Below, in pieces: positions 1 through 13,045 of a stretch of 64,000 nt of DNA. Numbering within the stretch: the stretch's first letter is position 1; every line of letters begins with the position of its first letter. The position numbers were made by a program, and so were the translations under genes. The notes beneath the pieces were generated by a model. The model ran no database searches and was not told the DNA's origin. It saw only the letters and a list, made by a program, of their open reading frames with translations. This stretch comes from Laetmonice hystrix (taxonomy: Eukaryota): assembly GCA_965235115.1 (NCBI GenBank), contig OZ249436.1, positions 19,034,001-19,098,000 on the forward strand, given 5' to 3'.

Positions 1-171
1 CACCGTGCCAAATAGAGATTAACGTTCTGACATGAAGAACTCAACAGTTAACGCCATTAAAGCTTTCAAACTCAGTCATCTTGAATTGATGTCGCTGCTT
101 TGCCATCCGAAATCGACAAAAAGACTCGAAAAGCATGGTTACCTACCTGCTATGGCTAACTTTCTTCTTAT

Positions 172-230
172 GAAAATGTTGGAAACCATGCTGCGCCTGG
201 GAAAATGTTGGAAACCCTGCTGCGCCTTGG
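172..230. repeat. Tandem duplication, ~29 bp x2
   Basis: gaaaatgttggaaacc(a/c)tgctgcgcct(t)gg twice. Confidence 0.85.
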
Positions 231-3200
231 AAATGGTGAAGCAAGCCTCCAAGGTGGACGGACAGAAGATCGGTGTTTCATCGTCCTAGATAATCAGCTA
301 CGCTTAAAAAATATTTGGTGCTCGAAACGTCAACTAGGAATCGAGTTCAGACGTCCGCGTATTTATACTGGTGAACTTCTGGGCCACCGTAGCATAGTTA
401 CCGGTGTTCTGATGGTAACCACTTTTCGCCGTCCGTGGTTCGCGTTATTTGAGGGCGTTTTAACGTCAACAGTGCCCTATAGGCAGGGAACCTTTCTCGC
501 GCTTGCCGATTGCTGATACACTGACAGCATCACTGTGACCCCACAGAGTCAAACCAAACGTGTATGTATAGTGTATAGGCCTACAAACATATCGATTGAG
601 GTTCTGGTAGGCTGTTTGACTTATTTACTCAAAACGTAAACTGGTAATTTGTCATAATTATGAGACTTTACTTTGTAAAAAAGCAGACACTATGTTAAGG
701 CTTCATGCCGTACCGAACTGAGACAAAGCCAAATATCGGTGAATGTAAGTTAGCAAATACTGCAGAATTCCACATAACCCACGACAAGCGAATTTGTCTT
801 ACGAGTTACCATGTCAACTTCCTTTATACTTCTATAATAGCATGAAACTTCACAAACTCTAATGACACAATGACTGTGGGGAAGATGTTCCAAACATGGC
901 CTTAGTAGACGGGACTTTTTTTTACTTGAGGATGGATACAGTATCTATTCGTCGGCTTACTGCGCTAGGTCCTTATCTAATACAATTATATGGTGGTCAA
1001 CGTTAGATATTCGACTATTGCACGGCTGGGAATGAGATGTCTCAGATAATCAAATTTAGAACTAGCCGGTTCGCAGGTGGCCGTGAATGTTATAAGAATA
1101 ATGTACGGTGTACTCGACACGGGGTAGGGCAGACTTTACAGCATCACGGAAAGGAACGAGATCACGCGAGATCACGCGAGGTCACGCGAGAGGAGCCAGC
1201 CCTGTGCAAACACGTGCGCGCGCATTCACTTCTTTAGAGATTCTTAGACGAGACGACAGATTTTAACCGTGGACGCGAGGGCAGAAAACCTTGTTTTGTT
1301 TACTCCAAAAATGTTCAGGTGCTAAAATTGTGTAAAGAAAGTAAAGTTTGATAGTAGCAACAGTACATCAATGACTGAATTAGCCGGCAGAAGCCTCACT
1401 TTCGTCCTGAGGCCTATTCTAAACGTTAAGTGGATATTTACGCAACATTTTCTTGGTGTATGTGAACGATTTAGCAACTCAGTTGTCTTAATTAAATTTC
1501 CCTAAGAATCACTAACGATAATTATACATCAGTTATGCAAACCACTTCAGACAAGCCCGCAATCTTGGCACCCTTACATGGACCACACGGGGACCAACCA
1601 TCCAAGTAGACCTTCACTGCGTACCTTTCCAACAAGGTCGCGGGGTCACACATACGGGTCTTCATACACAGACACAGGGGCGGTCAGGTCGCTCTTAGAG
1701 AAAGGAGGTAGAAACATGACAGAGCCCGCTCCATTAGGCTTGTCCCCTCCCATCAACATTCCATCGCGGATTACATGCCCCCGATATTTGATCTTGCTCC
1801 CTCGTGGTGCAGCGACCGCTCACCTTGGTTTCAGTACGTAAAGAAGGGCGCATGCGCAACGTATAGACTAGTAGCAACATCCGGTTCTGTGCCCAACCCC
1901 CAGGGGGAGCCACGGTATCGCGGCGTACAACGTCCAAATCAGGACCACGTGAAATTCGACTTACTGTTACGTCACAAACACTTGGTCTTTTACCATAGAA
2001 ACATGATCAAAACGCAGTCATTTAGACGACGTCTGTAGTTTCGAAGATGTATCTGACTGACTTTAGGGGCGCCCACACGCGGCGGTGGAGGGGTGCTAAA
2101 TGTATTTCGTCTGCGAGATTTTCTACGCTCAGTGAATAAAGGGAAAGAAGAAGAAGAAGAAAACGAGGAAGAGGAAGAAGAGGAAGAAATAAAACGCCAT
2201 TACAAGGCCTACTCCTACTGTGGATGACCCATGTCAACCAACTTCTAGTTATTTCGTTCGGGCAAATAGACGCCAGTGATTGCCGTGAATGACCCTCATT
2301 GGGTGGGTGTACAATCTACGGCTGTGATCGCGAGGTTACCAAGTATATTTAGGAATGAAACTGCCCTGACATTAAACCATAATTAAATCAGTCCCCCACC
2401 AGCCTGCAATCTGGTTACATTGCACGTTGATTGCTACATACGTAATAATGTGTAACCTGCGCAACGTCACACGTTGGAAATCTGACGCGGAAATCAATAA
2501 AAAAAACGGCGCCGCACGGAACTGCAGGAACGGCTCTGGCTCATCGGTGAAGAGGAAATATATATTACATATGTAAGGAATCCGTTGGTTACCACTGATA
2601 CAAAGAACCAAATCAAACATGTATGGAATATCTAGGCCCTGTGTATCGAACGCTGGATATCAAACTCCAGGTGATTCGGTCTGATGTAAGTATACTACCT
2701 GAAGGGAGGATTATTAAAGAATGTCAATGTAGACACAATAACACTGCTGAGAGGAAACTGTTTAATCTCCTTTCAAAAGTGTTGTCCTTCTAAATGATGC
2801 CTATATTATTTTTCATTAAAAGAAAAACAAATGTAAGTCTACCGTCATCTTTTTTTTTTCACTTTACTCTAATATTTGCTTGTTTTAGTATTTAGAGACG
2901 AGGGACGAGAAAGAGGGCAATAATTATGTATGGTAAGAACAAGCAATAAAAAAACCCAACGACGTAGAATGTCCTCATCGTCATTCCAGATATCCACAAG
3001 TCCCCGAGGAAAAGCACACTCGCTTCTTTTTCTGTATTATTTTATGTGGACTTGAGGAGAGAGATTTATCCGATTCTCCTTGGCCTGGCTGCTAGCATGT
3101 GTATAATGTATGCTCCGTATTGGACATGCAGATATAATTGGACATAGAACACGGAAGGACTTTTTTTCGGAATGACTGTATACCGGATGTGGAGGTGTCT

Positions 3201-3840
3201 CATGCCGATAACGGCCTCACCAAACTCTCTAGGTCACCAGGAGGCCTGCGAGGTCGAGTTTGCGCGAAGCTGCACGTACAGGATTATGACGTCAATTAGG
3301 AAGGCGACAGCGAGGCGGTAAAAATCGATCTACGGTCGCTCATATGTACAAATTAGAGGATAACATCTATTGCTGTCCACTCCCCTCAGAGGTCGTATTG
3401 GAATGTGTGTATCTTGTTTGACGAAGGTACGGATAGACTTTGATCAATAAAGAGTTAATAAGTTACCAGCATATTTGAAAAAGGATGTTTGCGCAGCATG
3501 TGCGTCTTCAAATATGGTAAAACTGAAAACAATTTTTTTGTAGCAGATAACTTCAGATTTATTTTATGATACCATACCAAAGATTTATTTTATGAGACGT
3601 TTTGACATAGACTCGTATTTGTTTGTAACACCATCCAAGATGATCGCTACGAGAACCAAATCCAACCCCAGATCTATGAAATAACGAAAGGCTCACAGCA
3701 CACGGAAGTCAAATGGAGACACAGAAATGAATAGAACAGTAAGTATGATGCGACCAATCAGAGTGACGTGACGACAAAGGCCCAGTTACCAGAGTCAACA
3801 AGGGCTGCATGTGTCAAAGTGAGAGTGATGAGGTACTCAC

Positions 3841-4034
3841 GTATCTGCTCCACACGTTGGTCGTGAGCACTTGGTTCTTCTCGTCAAGGTCGAGGATTTG
3901 AATGAGAGCGAGGCCATAACTGACCCGCACTGTCTCGGAGGTATTATACACCGGCCGTCCCACGATTCCTACTCGCTCGTAGTTCTCTAACAAATGCTTG
4001 ATCAACCGCTTCTCGTCGGACATGGCGATACCAT
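3841..4034 (-). CDS. Internal exon of a nicotinic acetylcholine receptor (Cys-loop ligand-gated ion channel) subunit, start of the mature extracellular domain
   Basis: Translates as (D)GIAMSDEKRLIKHLLENYERVGIVGRPVYNTSETVRVSYGLALIQILDLDEKNQVLTTNVWSRY, with the nAChR hallmarks E-x-RL-x-x-x-L, RPV, L-x-QI-x-D-x-DEKNQ-x-LTTN-x-W. Acceptor ttacag|AT at 4035/4034 (phase 1, as expected after a signal-peptide exon); donor TAC|gtgagt at 3841/3840 (phase 0, the conserved intron position after TTNxWxxx). Length 194 = 2 + 64 codons. Confidence 0.95.
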
Positions 4035-4036
4035 CT

Positions 4037-4556
4037 GTAACGGTACAGGACACACATGACTGATACGTCTCGCTTAACGGAACAGGACATACATTACTGA
4101 TACGTCTCGCTTAACGGAACAGGAAACACATTACTGATACATCACGCTTAACGGAACAGGACACACACTACTGATACGTCTCGCTTAACGGAACAGGAAA
4201 CACACTACTGATACGTCTCGCTTAACGGAACAGGAAACACATTACTGATACGTCTCGCTAAACGGTACAGGACATACATTACTGATACGTCTCGCTTAAC
4301 GGAACAGGACACACATTACTGATACGTCCCGCTTAACGGTACAGGAGGACACACATTACTGATACGTCTCGCTTAACGGAACAGGAAACACATTACTGAT
4401 GCGTCTCGCTAAACGGTACAGGACACACATTACTGATACGTCTCGCTTAACGGAACAGGAAACACATTACTGATGCGTCTCGCTTAACGGAACAGGAAAC
4501 ACATTACTGATGCGTCTCGCTTAACGGAACAGGACACACATGACGATACGTCTCGC
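4037..4556. repeat. Minisatellite, 37-bp unit x ~14, abutting the nAChR splice acceptor
   Basis: Unit aacaggaaacacattactgatacgtctcgcttaacgg. Confidence 0.95.
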
Positions 4557-7500
4557 CTCAACACATTGACCGTGATACTTACAGAGATAGGAATAGAATC
4601 AATGTAAGATATCACGTAACTACGTCAGCCTTTACTATAAACCAATACCCTCATGTTTCAATTTGACGTTGGAGCAGCATGTAATGTGACAATTGTATCT
4701 CACTGGCTCTCAAAGTAAGACGCCCTCCACCAGTTCTACTCGATCGTCCAAATCACCCTTCCATAGCATGCTCAAACCATGGGCCCACTTTAGCGAGGAT
4801 TATTCTCACAGAATGGTCAAAGCATGGGTCCACTTTACCGAGGATTATCCGATGAAAACCCCGGCCTCTACTTGAGGCAGTTCTTGACCTTCTTGTGAAT
4901 CACACACATATATAAGCGGTTGTCACGAAGTCATTCGATAGATCTATCAACCCAGACACACCAAAACCTACCCATAACCACGAGACGGCCGCATCAACCG
5001 GCTCATGAGATCTTTGATATCTATTTTAACGTCAACTCTATTTTAGTACCTCTAATTGCTGTAGATTGAACCACCAGTAGAACCTATAGAAATCCTCTCC
5101 GATGCAAACAAAGCTATTTTATTTTCTCTAGTGTAGATTTCAACCAGCCGAACACTCGGTATTTTATAGCCTGTCTGATGAAACTACTGCCTGATCTTAG
5201 AAATGTTAGTAAACCCATGTAGCCGTTGTATCAGATCCTGTTCGTTAAAATTCCAATGAAATGCGTTGGAATTTTAATGAATGAAAAGTCGCTACCGCTT
5301 TTGATATTTGTGGAAAATTAAGACTAACTTCATTACTTCCTGTTTCAGTCTCAATCTGCCTCCCTCTGTGTGTCTCCTACCAGAGCTATGTGACAACTTA
5401 CCAATATTCATCAGTATTGTGCAAAGTAACATCTTATAAATAACAGCCATCAGGATCAATTGGCCTCTCCATAGCAACACTGCAACTTATGGCACACGGA
5501 ATCCACTGTAGTACATGGCAGTACACTGTAGTACACTGTAGTAGAACGTAAATCCAGCCAGACAAGGCATTGAATGCGGTTGTGGCTGGCTCTGTTAGAG
5601 AATCACCAAAAAAACGGAGAGTGAGTGCTGACAATGTCTATAACAACGGAACGTTGAAGTAATCCTTTCTAAACGTTCAGCTCAAAGTTCACAACAGTCT
5701 GGGGCGAGTGGGTGATCAATCGTACTGTGTCCCAGGCACGTAATCCACACCGTCATTTGGCTCCAACAAACACCGCCATGAGAAAACTTAATTATCGCTA
5801 AGTAATAAATTCGTCCAATAATTATTGTCCAATCTGAGTACCGTGTAGAGGGTGAGTCAGGAGGAGAAGGGGTGGAGAGGGGTGGGGTGGGCCAGTTCAC
5901 CCCTTGGTAGGGTACCGAGGGTGAGAAGGATGGAGGGCGAGGACTGCGAATGACCGAAACATTCTACAATTTTAGTCACAGAACTAAATTCTCTTAAAAG
6001 TGAATACATGTCCAGATAAAATACAAATCTTCCGCAGATAAACTTCGGGACAACTGGCATTTTCCTGGACTTCGTGGACACACACATTTCTCCGTATTGA
6101 GATTGACAAATCATTAGTGTACTGTACAGTGTATAATTATAATTCTACAGACTGCCCAGTCATGACGTACTTCAGTAGTTGAGAGCCGTAGATATATGTA
6201 CATTATTTGGATGAAGTCTGACACGCGTCACTACCAGCCTTGTACACCCCCAGTGTAAGGGAATGGGCTGGTCGGATTAAACTCCCCCGAGATGTTGCGG
6301 GGAGGGCAGGGTAACCCATGGTAACGAGCCCCTGTCAATCACTCCAGTCTGGAAACCGAAATGGAAAGTAAATCATATCTGTCCAGATAAGTAATGAACT
6401 CGCCATGGCGCTTGGCGCCTGACCGGGAGGTGGGCCCAACCCCCCAACCCCCCTACAGGGACCATCCCCGACACGTGGGTTGGACGGGGGCCCGGGAACA
6501 CAGAGTCAAGTGGCCACGTGGGGAACACACGTGGGGTACACACGCGGGGCCCGACTCCCTACCACCAGGGGTCAGCCCTATGGCGGTCAGCGTCCGTGAC
6601 CTTGGACTGAATGAATAATAGACACCAACCACAGAGACCTACGTGATTATACGGGGGGGGGGGGGGGGTAGTACTGCATATTAATATAATAATAATATGT
6701 GGTAAGAGTTAATTTGGGACGTCGATCTCTCTACATCACGTGGGACGTTACTGGAGCCTCACTATGACAGGATTGAATCACGTGACTTGTTTGGTTATAC
6801 GTAATAAGGGGACGTTAAGGAGATTGAATCTGAGAGCGAGGCTGAGCGGTGAATGGTTCACTAGTTCAACTACTGGCCACGGTTACTGGGGAGAGATTCA
6901 CTAACTTGGCAGCCGCAAACACACACACACATTGCACAGCCAAACCGCCTTTTGTTTACCTAGAATACCAGGTGTTACACATCGACATGTATAATAGGTA
7001 CCCGACAATGTTTATATTACTGCCTCAGCCACCACGTCATCGCTTCACAACGTAATTTCAGAGACAGATGCTCTGCAGGATTCGCATCCGCTGCCTTTAC
7101 CCAAAGGGAGAAAAAAAGGCGCGCCGACGTTGTAAGACGAATGGTGCTAGTGTTCGCAGACATACTTTAGAAGTAATTACAAACGTTAGACGTCATATCT
7201 GACATGAAACCCTCATGATATAGTGACAGTGACATTCACAATAAGCTTCGTTCCCTGAAAACAAAAATCAAAGACCGTACCTACCCAAACGGGCCTCATA
7301 AAAGAAAAAGAAAAGAAAAAAATACATGACTTTCCTTTCGGCAAGATTGGAGTTAATAACAAGCTCCATTTATTCTGAGATAAAACAAGTTAATTTATCA
7401 AATCCAGTATGGCATTCATCCAAAATTCTGGATGAGAAGAAGAAAGGTCACAATGATTGACTTTTTAAATGTGAATTTTGACCATAATGACGTCATTATA

Positions 7501-7909
7501 GACGGAAAGTGCTTCCAGCAGTAATCAGAGAGAGTACACAGTTATAACAGGGTCGGGTTATAATAAAAGCCTTGATAAGAACCGTATGCGGTAGAGGTTG
7601 GTGGAAAGACTGTTTACGATTACAGCCTGCTCGATTGTCATGAAGTTTTTAAGTTATACAGAAATACATTTCTCTCTCAGGCCTCACACAACGTTCTCGT
7701 ACTTGACTTTGACATTCACTTGTATCATTAGGACCTCACTCCGCCAACAGAAATGTTTTGAAAGATGTTATGTGGTCTCGGGTTACGGGAACGTTTGATA
7801 AAATGGTTCAAGATGTTGATTGGATGGAATCGATGCCTGCCCCCTGTCTGAGGGTCGAAGGGTATGCCCTATGGTAGGGCCTGGCCTAGGGTTAATGATA
7901 AGTTTCTAT

Positions 7910-8582
7910 GGAGGTCTGAGGATGTAGACGTTAGGAGTGGAGGTCTGGGGATGTAGACGTTAGGAGTGGAGGTCTGGGGATGTAGACGTTAGGAGTGGAG
8001 GTCTGGGGATGTAGACGTTAGGAGTGGTGGTCTGGGGATGGAGACGTTAGGAGTGGAGGTCTGGGGATGTAGACGTTAGGAGTGGTGGTCTGAGGATGGA
8101 GACGTTAGGAGTGGAGGTCTGGGGATGTAGACGTTAGGAGTGGAGGTCTGGGGATGTAGACGTTAGGAGTGGTGGTCTGGGGATGGAGACGTTAGGAGTG
8201 GTGGTCTGGGGATGTCTAGACGTTAGGAGTGGTGGTCTGGGGATGTAGACGTTAGGAGTGGAGGTCTGGGGATGTAGACGTTAGGAGTGGAGGTCTGGGG
8301 ATGTAGACGTTAGGAGTGGAGGTCTGGAGATGGAGACGTTAGGAGTGGAGGTTTGGGGATGTAGACGTTAGGAGTGGAGGTTTGGGAATGGAGACGTTAG
8401 GAGTGGTGGTCTGGGGATGTAGACGTTAGGAGTGGCGGTCTGGGGATGAAGACGTTAGGAGTGGAGGTCTGGGGATGGAGACGTTAGGAGTGGTGGTCTG
8501 GGGATGTAGACGTTAGGAGTGGTGGTCTGGGGACGTAGACGTTAGGAGTGGAGGTCTGGGGATCGAAACGTTAGGAGTGGTG
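7910..8582. repeat. Minisatellite, 29-bp unit x ~23
   Basis: Unit ggaggtctggggatgtagacgttaggagt. Confidence 0.95.
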
Positions 8583-10018
8583 ATAGATTAGTGTCGTCCT
8601 TTACCACCAGAGTTGGTGGAGGTTTACCATACAGATCTGGTCGAGTCGAGCCGATCAGTATGTGACCATGAATACCTGACCGTCTGACCACCCCACTCCA
8701 CCCCCTGCCAGTCCCCTACTATCCTACCCACTTCATTCCAGCACCCCACCATCCTCAAGCCCACCCTATCCTACTCCCCAGGCAGGACCCACGCTGACAC
8801 GGAGCCTCGGTCTAAGGTCTTATATCAAGATATCCGGATTGTGCACTTTATCTCTGAGCCCCGGGATCAAAGGTCAGACTAAGATTATCACAGAACCAAA
8901 CAAACTCCTCCACCGACCCCTGTTGGAGCCAGGAGCTAACAAGCCTCGTTTGAAGCGTCTCCATGGTAACCAAGAAAACCCGTAAACGAATTGTTATCCC
9001 CTGATTGCATACACGGTCGGTACCAGATGAAATCGCTGCTTCATGCCATGATTCATGGATATACGAATCAACAGTTTGACAACTGGACCTACTGAACCAT
9101 GACAGCACACCAACCCGTCCCGAAATACACCGCCTTCTTTGTCAGCACCGGATGTAGATCTACACAAGATCCATAGAAAGCAGGTCATTTTGCGAGTAGA
9201 ACTTTGTCGAGTGCGCTCCAATTGTTGAATAAGTAATGTAGTATTACAGTCACATGCCAATGTCTGGTTTTCGATCCACGATCCTGGGATTCACGACCGA
9301 AGTTGTATGCGAAGCGGAAGTCCCACGTGATAGTGGTCTGTACATACCCGGATGGACCCAATGCGTACAATGTGCCGTCATGCGCGCACTAACAGGACGG
9401 GGGTAACACGGGTGATTTATAACGGCCATGATTGGATGTCGGAATGGTCCCGATGCATTGTGGGTACCGCGGATGAGCGTACACCTATAACCCCGATAGA
9501 GGGCGCTGTTAGTAAGTCGGGATCGCAAGCTGCTCGTAAACTCCGGTCTTTTACATTCACAAGCCCTCCATACCTTAAAGATGGGATTACTCGGCGGCCT
9601 TCACGATAATCCTTCACCTTTTCCACGCGGGTAATTGGAAGGGAGTTCATGGCGTCTGGCCAAACCAATTAACGCCATCTAACGGTGAATTATGAGGACA
9701 GCTTACATGATTATGGGAATGGATGCACGGACGCGGGATGGCCAGGAGAAGGTAACATGGAGGGGGACGCGCTCTCACCTGTGTGAGGAACGTTGACCTC
9801 AGTGACCTCGTCACGACCCGTGATTCATTGACAACCAGAACATGCATGCACGCGGCGATAACATGTCCCGCCATGCACCGCGGGTGACAGTCGTGATTCG
9901 GTTTCATGGTTAGTAACCTAGAAACCTCTGATGGGAGATCGTCTCCTGTCTGTCATGGAGTCGTCTGCTTGACAGTGAAAAATCCTGTGACGTCACCAAG
10001 TGACCGAACCATTCAGAA

Positions 10019-10296
10019 CCGGTGCAACAGGTTCAAGTTACCCCCCCCCCTCCCCATTCAACATACCGCGGTCACCTGAACCTCGGTTCAAATTAACCCC
10101 CTCCAGTTCCAAATGACAAAATAACCCACCCTAACCCTAACCGTCACCCTAAACCTTTTTATTGAGTTATTTTGTCATTTGAAACTGGAGGGGGTCATTT
10201 GAACCCAGGAGGAGGCAATTCGAACCTATAGGTTCAGATGACTAGGGGTATGTTGAATGGGGGGGGGGGGGGGTTACATCAAACCTGATACACCGG
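10019..10296. mobile_element. Palindromic foldback element with central CCCTAA motifs
   Basis: CCGGTG...CACCGG ends; inverted arms (ccccattcaacatac / gtatgttgaatgggg; ccccctccagttccaaatgacaaaataac / gttattttgtcatttgaaactggaggggg); centre accctaaccctaaccgtcaccctaaacc. No clear TSD. Confidence 0.7.
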
Positions 10297-10735
10297 CGTC
10301 CGTAAACGCCACTAGCGGTCGCTTGACTACACCAGTATGTCAGGAGGAGAAGTAACACCTATTCTACATTGATACACACATCATTTTCAGCTTCTTATAC
10401 CTTAGAAAAGGGAGCCTCTGAGATCGATATGCAAGGAATGCCAACACGTTGCACGTTGTATAGTTATTCAACTCGTCTGAAGGGTAGGGGGCCGAGGCTT
10501 ACCGTGTGAACGTTATAGTGAGATCAATTATCGCAGCCACCACCTTATGCAAGGTCCAAGTAAAAGAAATGACATAACCCAGTCGGTACGACCTATTCCA
10601 ATGTAGAAACAGGCGTCATGGCATGTATGGCCTGCTGGGAAACAGTTAATGGGTACAGGCGTCAGACAGGGCCAGTGGGTGGGTTGGAGGCCAGACAGGA
10701 AGCTCGAGTAGCTTACCGAATGGAATCAACCAGTA

Positions 10736-10923
10736 TTACACGTAAACTCAGATATCTAGGAGTATCAACCTGAGATCGTTACACGTAAACTCAGATATCT
10801 AGCAGTTTCAACCCGAGATTATTACACGTAAACACAGATCTAGAAGTATCAACCCGAGATCGTTACACGTAAACTCAAATATCTAGGAGTATCAACCCGA
10901 GTATTGTTACACGTAAACTCAAT
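10736..10923. repeat. Imperfect minisatellite, ~43-bp unit x ~4.5
   Basis: Unit ttacacgtaaactcagatatctaggagtatcaacccgagatcg. Confidence 0.85.
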
Positions 10924-12507
10924 TTAACCCGGGTATGACAAACTCTAAAATGTTTCTCGATGACGTAACAGGCGTGACTGTCTTTACGTCACTCAAGATT
11001 CTATTTTGTGTTTTGTTGAGCAAAGTTTTGGGGCAGAACCAGAGATTGATGTGATCCTTGTAATCTACGAGCTGTTTGTTGGTTGTCAGGTAAAGCACAA
11101 GGTCGTTCTCCGTACCTGGCGGGGAGTAGGCTCACAGAGATTGAACATTCAGGGACACCGCGTCTGCTCCCACCCCTGCGCATGCGTACACCTGCGCCGT
11201 CCGTCCACGTGCCAGCCGACTACATTAGTACCGGGGTCTGTCGGGGGCGGCGCTGCTGTCGGCATGACGTCCAACCCGGGTCACAGGGTACAAAAATCGA
11301 TCACGTGACTTCTTGAAGAGACAGTGCCGGAAGGAAGACACGTATGACAGCGTTCCGCCAGCTTTCCACCGGGGCCGAGTGCACGTCAGGTAAGAACAGT
11401 CGGTGCCATACGTCTGGGTCTTTCATTATACAGCACCTGGTCCTTGTATTATTGACACAGACCCGCGCTTTACGATGTGTCCATTCCACGACACAGAGTC
11501 GAGCCCCTTACAAAACGCCTTATATCGATCTCGGGACTGGCTAAGGTATATTTGAGCGATTTACTTCGCCTTTGATTCGAGTAATATCTGATGTCGTATT
11601 GAATAAAGTCTTAGAATAGAAACAATTTTGCCTGCAGAATTTGTCTTGAGAATCTGCCATTTCTTGACTATCAATTGAAAGTAGTAATTCCAACATGCCA
11701 ACGGGCAGTCCACCCCGATCAGAACTATTGTTGGTCATTTTGTTCTATTTTTCTCAAGACGTTTCAGAAAAAAACCCATATTTCACTATTACTCTGGGTC
11801 TGAATTGAGAGAGTACACAAGTCCTGATTCAACCCAGTCAATCTACGTGTGCCAGCCACAGAGGTTGTCTGTGAGTTGTTTATAACCTGATATTTGGGAA
11901 CTCAAACTGAAATAATGTGTTTGAAATATTAAACCGGCCAGTATCCAGTCCTGACCCCGGACTCCCCCCTGGTGGTTAGGCAGAGAGTTACGGCTAGCGG
12001 TTCGCACTCAGTGATTGTTGTCAATCACAGCACACTTGGTAACGAAGGCTGTATCCCAGGTTGTCGCTGGATTTTGGCGGGAACTGAGTTCCCCGTTTTA
12101 CATACTCTTACATGCCTTTAAAAAAAGCAAGTTGATATATTGATACGCCCGTACCGGTGTTACGGAAAGGAAGAGCGGGTTGGGGGGGGGGGGGGGGGGG
12201 AGAAACTCCGCAACCAGCCCAGAAGTTGTAGTATTGTTTAAAATTGTTTTAAATATTGTCTAACTGGTTATGACATGCGATCAGTCCCAATTTGCCTTTG
12301 GCACATTAGTAATTCCCTCTCAAATTATTAATACTCCACGGTCCAAGTAGTAATTACACGTTGTCTCGGAGGCTTATCTGACGCTGCGCTGTTTTATAAA
12401 CTAGCAAATTCTGTTTTAACTTTTATGTACTACGGAATCGATTGAGTTAAGGCCTAAAACAAAGTCAGGATTTGGCCCGCGGAGTCGGCCTCTCGATGAA
12501 GTATTAA

Positions 12508-13045
12508 AGGGAGTCGTAAAATTCATTTTTTCGATTTATGGCAGTCTTAGAAACATAATATGATTCGCATACCTTAGACTCCCAGTAACATCATGTGAGA
12601 CTGTTATGGCCCAGCGACCAGTATTTAGTAAGGAAAATATGCCAAATCTCTCGCAAATACGTAGCTCAGAATTAGCGAGCGGCCCACAGGATATTTGAGT
12701 TGGCCGCGGTCGGGCCATGATGATGCGTGATCACGTGACTTCCGGGTGTGGAAGGGAATCAAGGGAATCTCCCTCTAGTCTAGCATTGACCTAAATACCG
12801 CATGTACACCCGGAAGTCACGTGATCACGCGTCATCATCGCCCGACCGCGGCCAACTCAAATATCCTGTGGGCCGCTCGCTAATTCTGAGCTACGTATTT
12901 GCGAGAGATTTGGCATATTTTCCTTACTAAATACTGGTCGCTGGGCCATAACAGTCTCACATGATGTTACTGGGAGTCCAAGGTATGCGAATCATATGTT
13001 TCTAAGACTGCCATAAATCGAAAAAAATGAATTTTACGACTCCCT
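12508..13045. mobile_element. Kolobok-type foldback MITE (538 bp) with TTAA target-site duplication
   Basis: TTAA at 12504-12507 and 13046-13049 flank AGGGAGTCG...CGACTCCCT termini; arms 12508-12749 and 12806-13045 are near-perfect inverted copies (a few substitutions and small indels) around a ~56-bp spacer. TTAA TSD with RR...YY (AGG) ends fits Kolobok rather than piggyBac (CCY ends). Confidence 0.85.

Noticed and set aside
2955-2995. Minus-strand WND (DIWNDDEDILRRW) as the next nAChR exon
   Set aside because: It does not fit WxDxxLxW(D/N)P spacing and no acceptor is positioned to give phase 0; the next exon probably lies beyond base 1.
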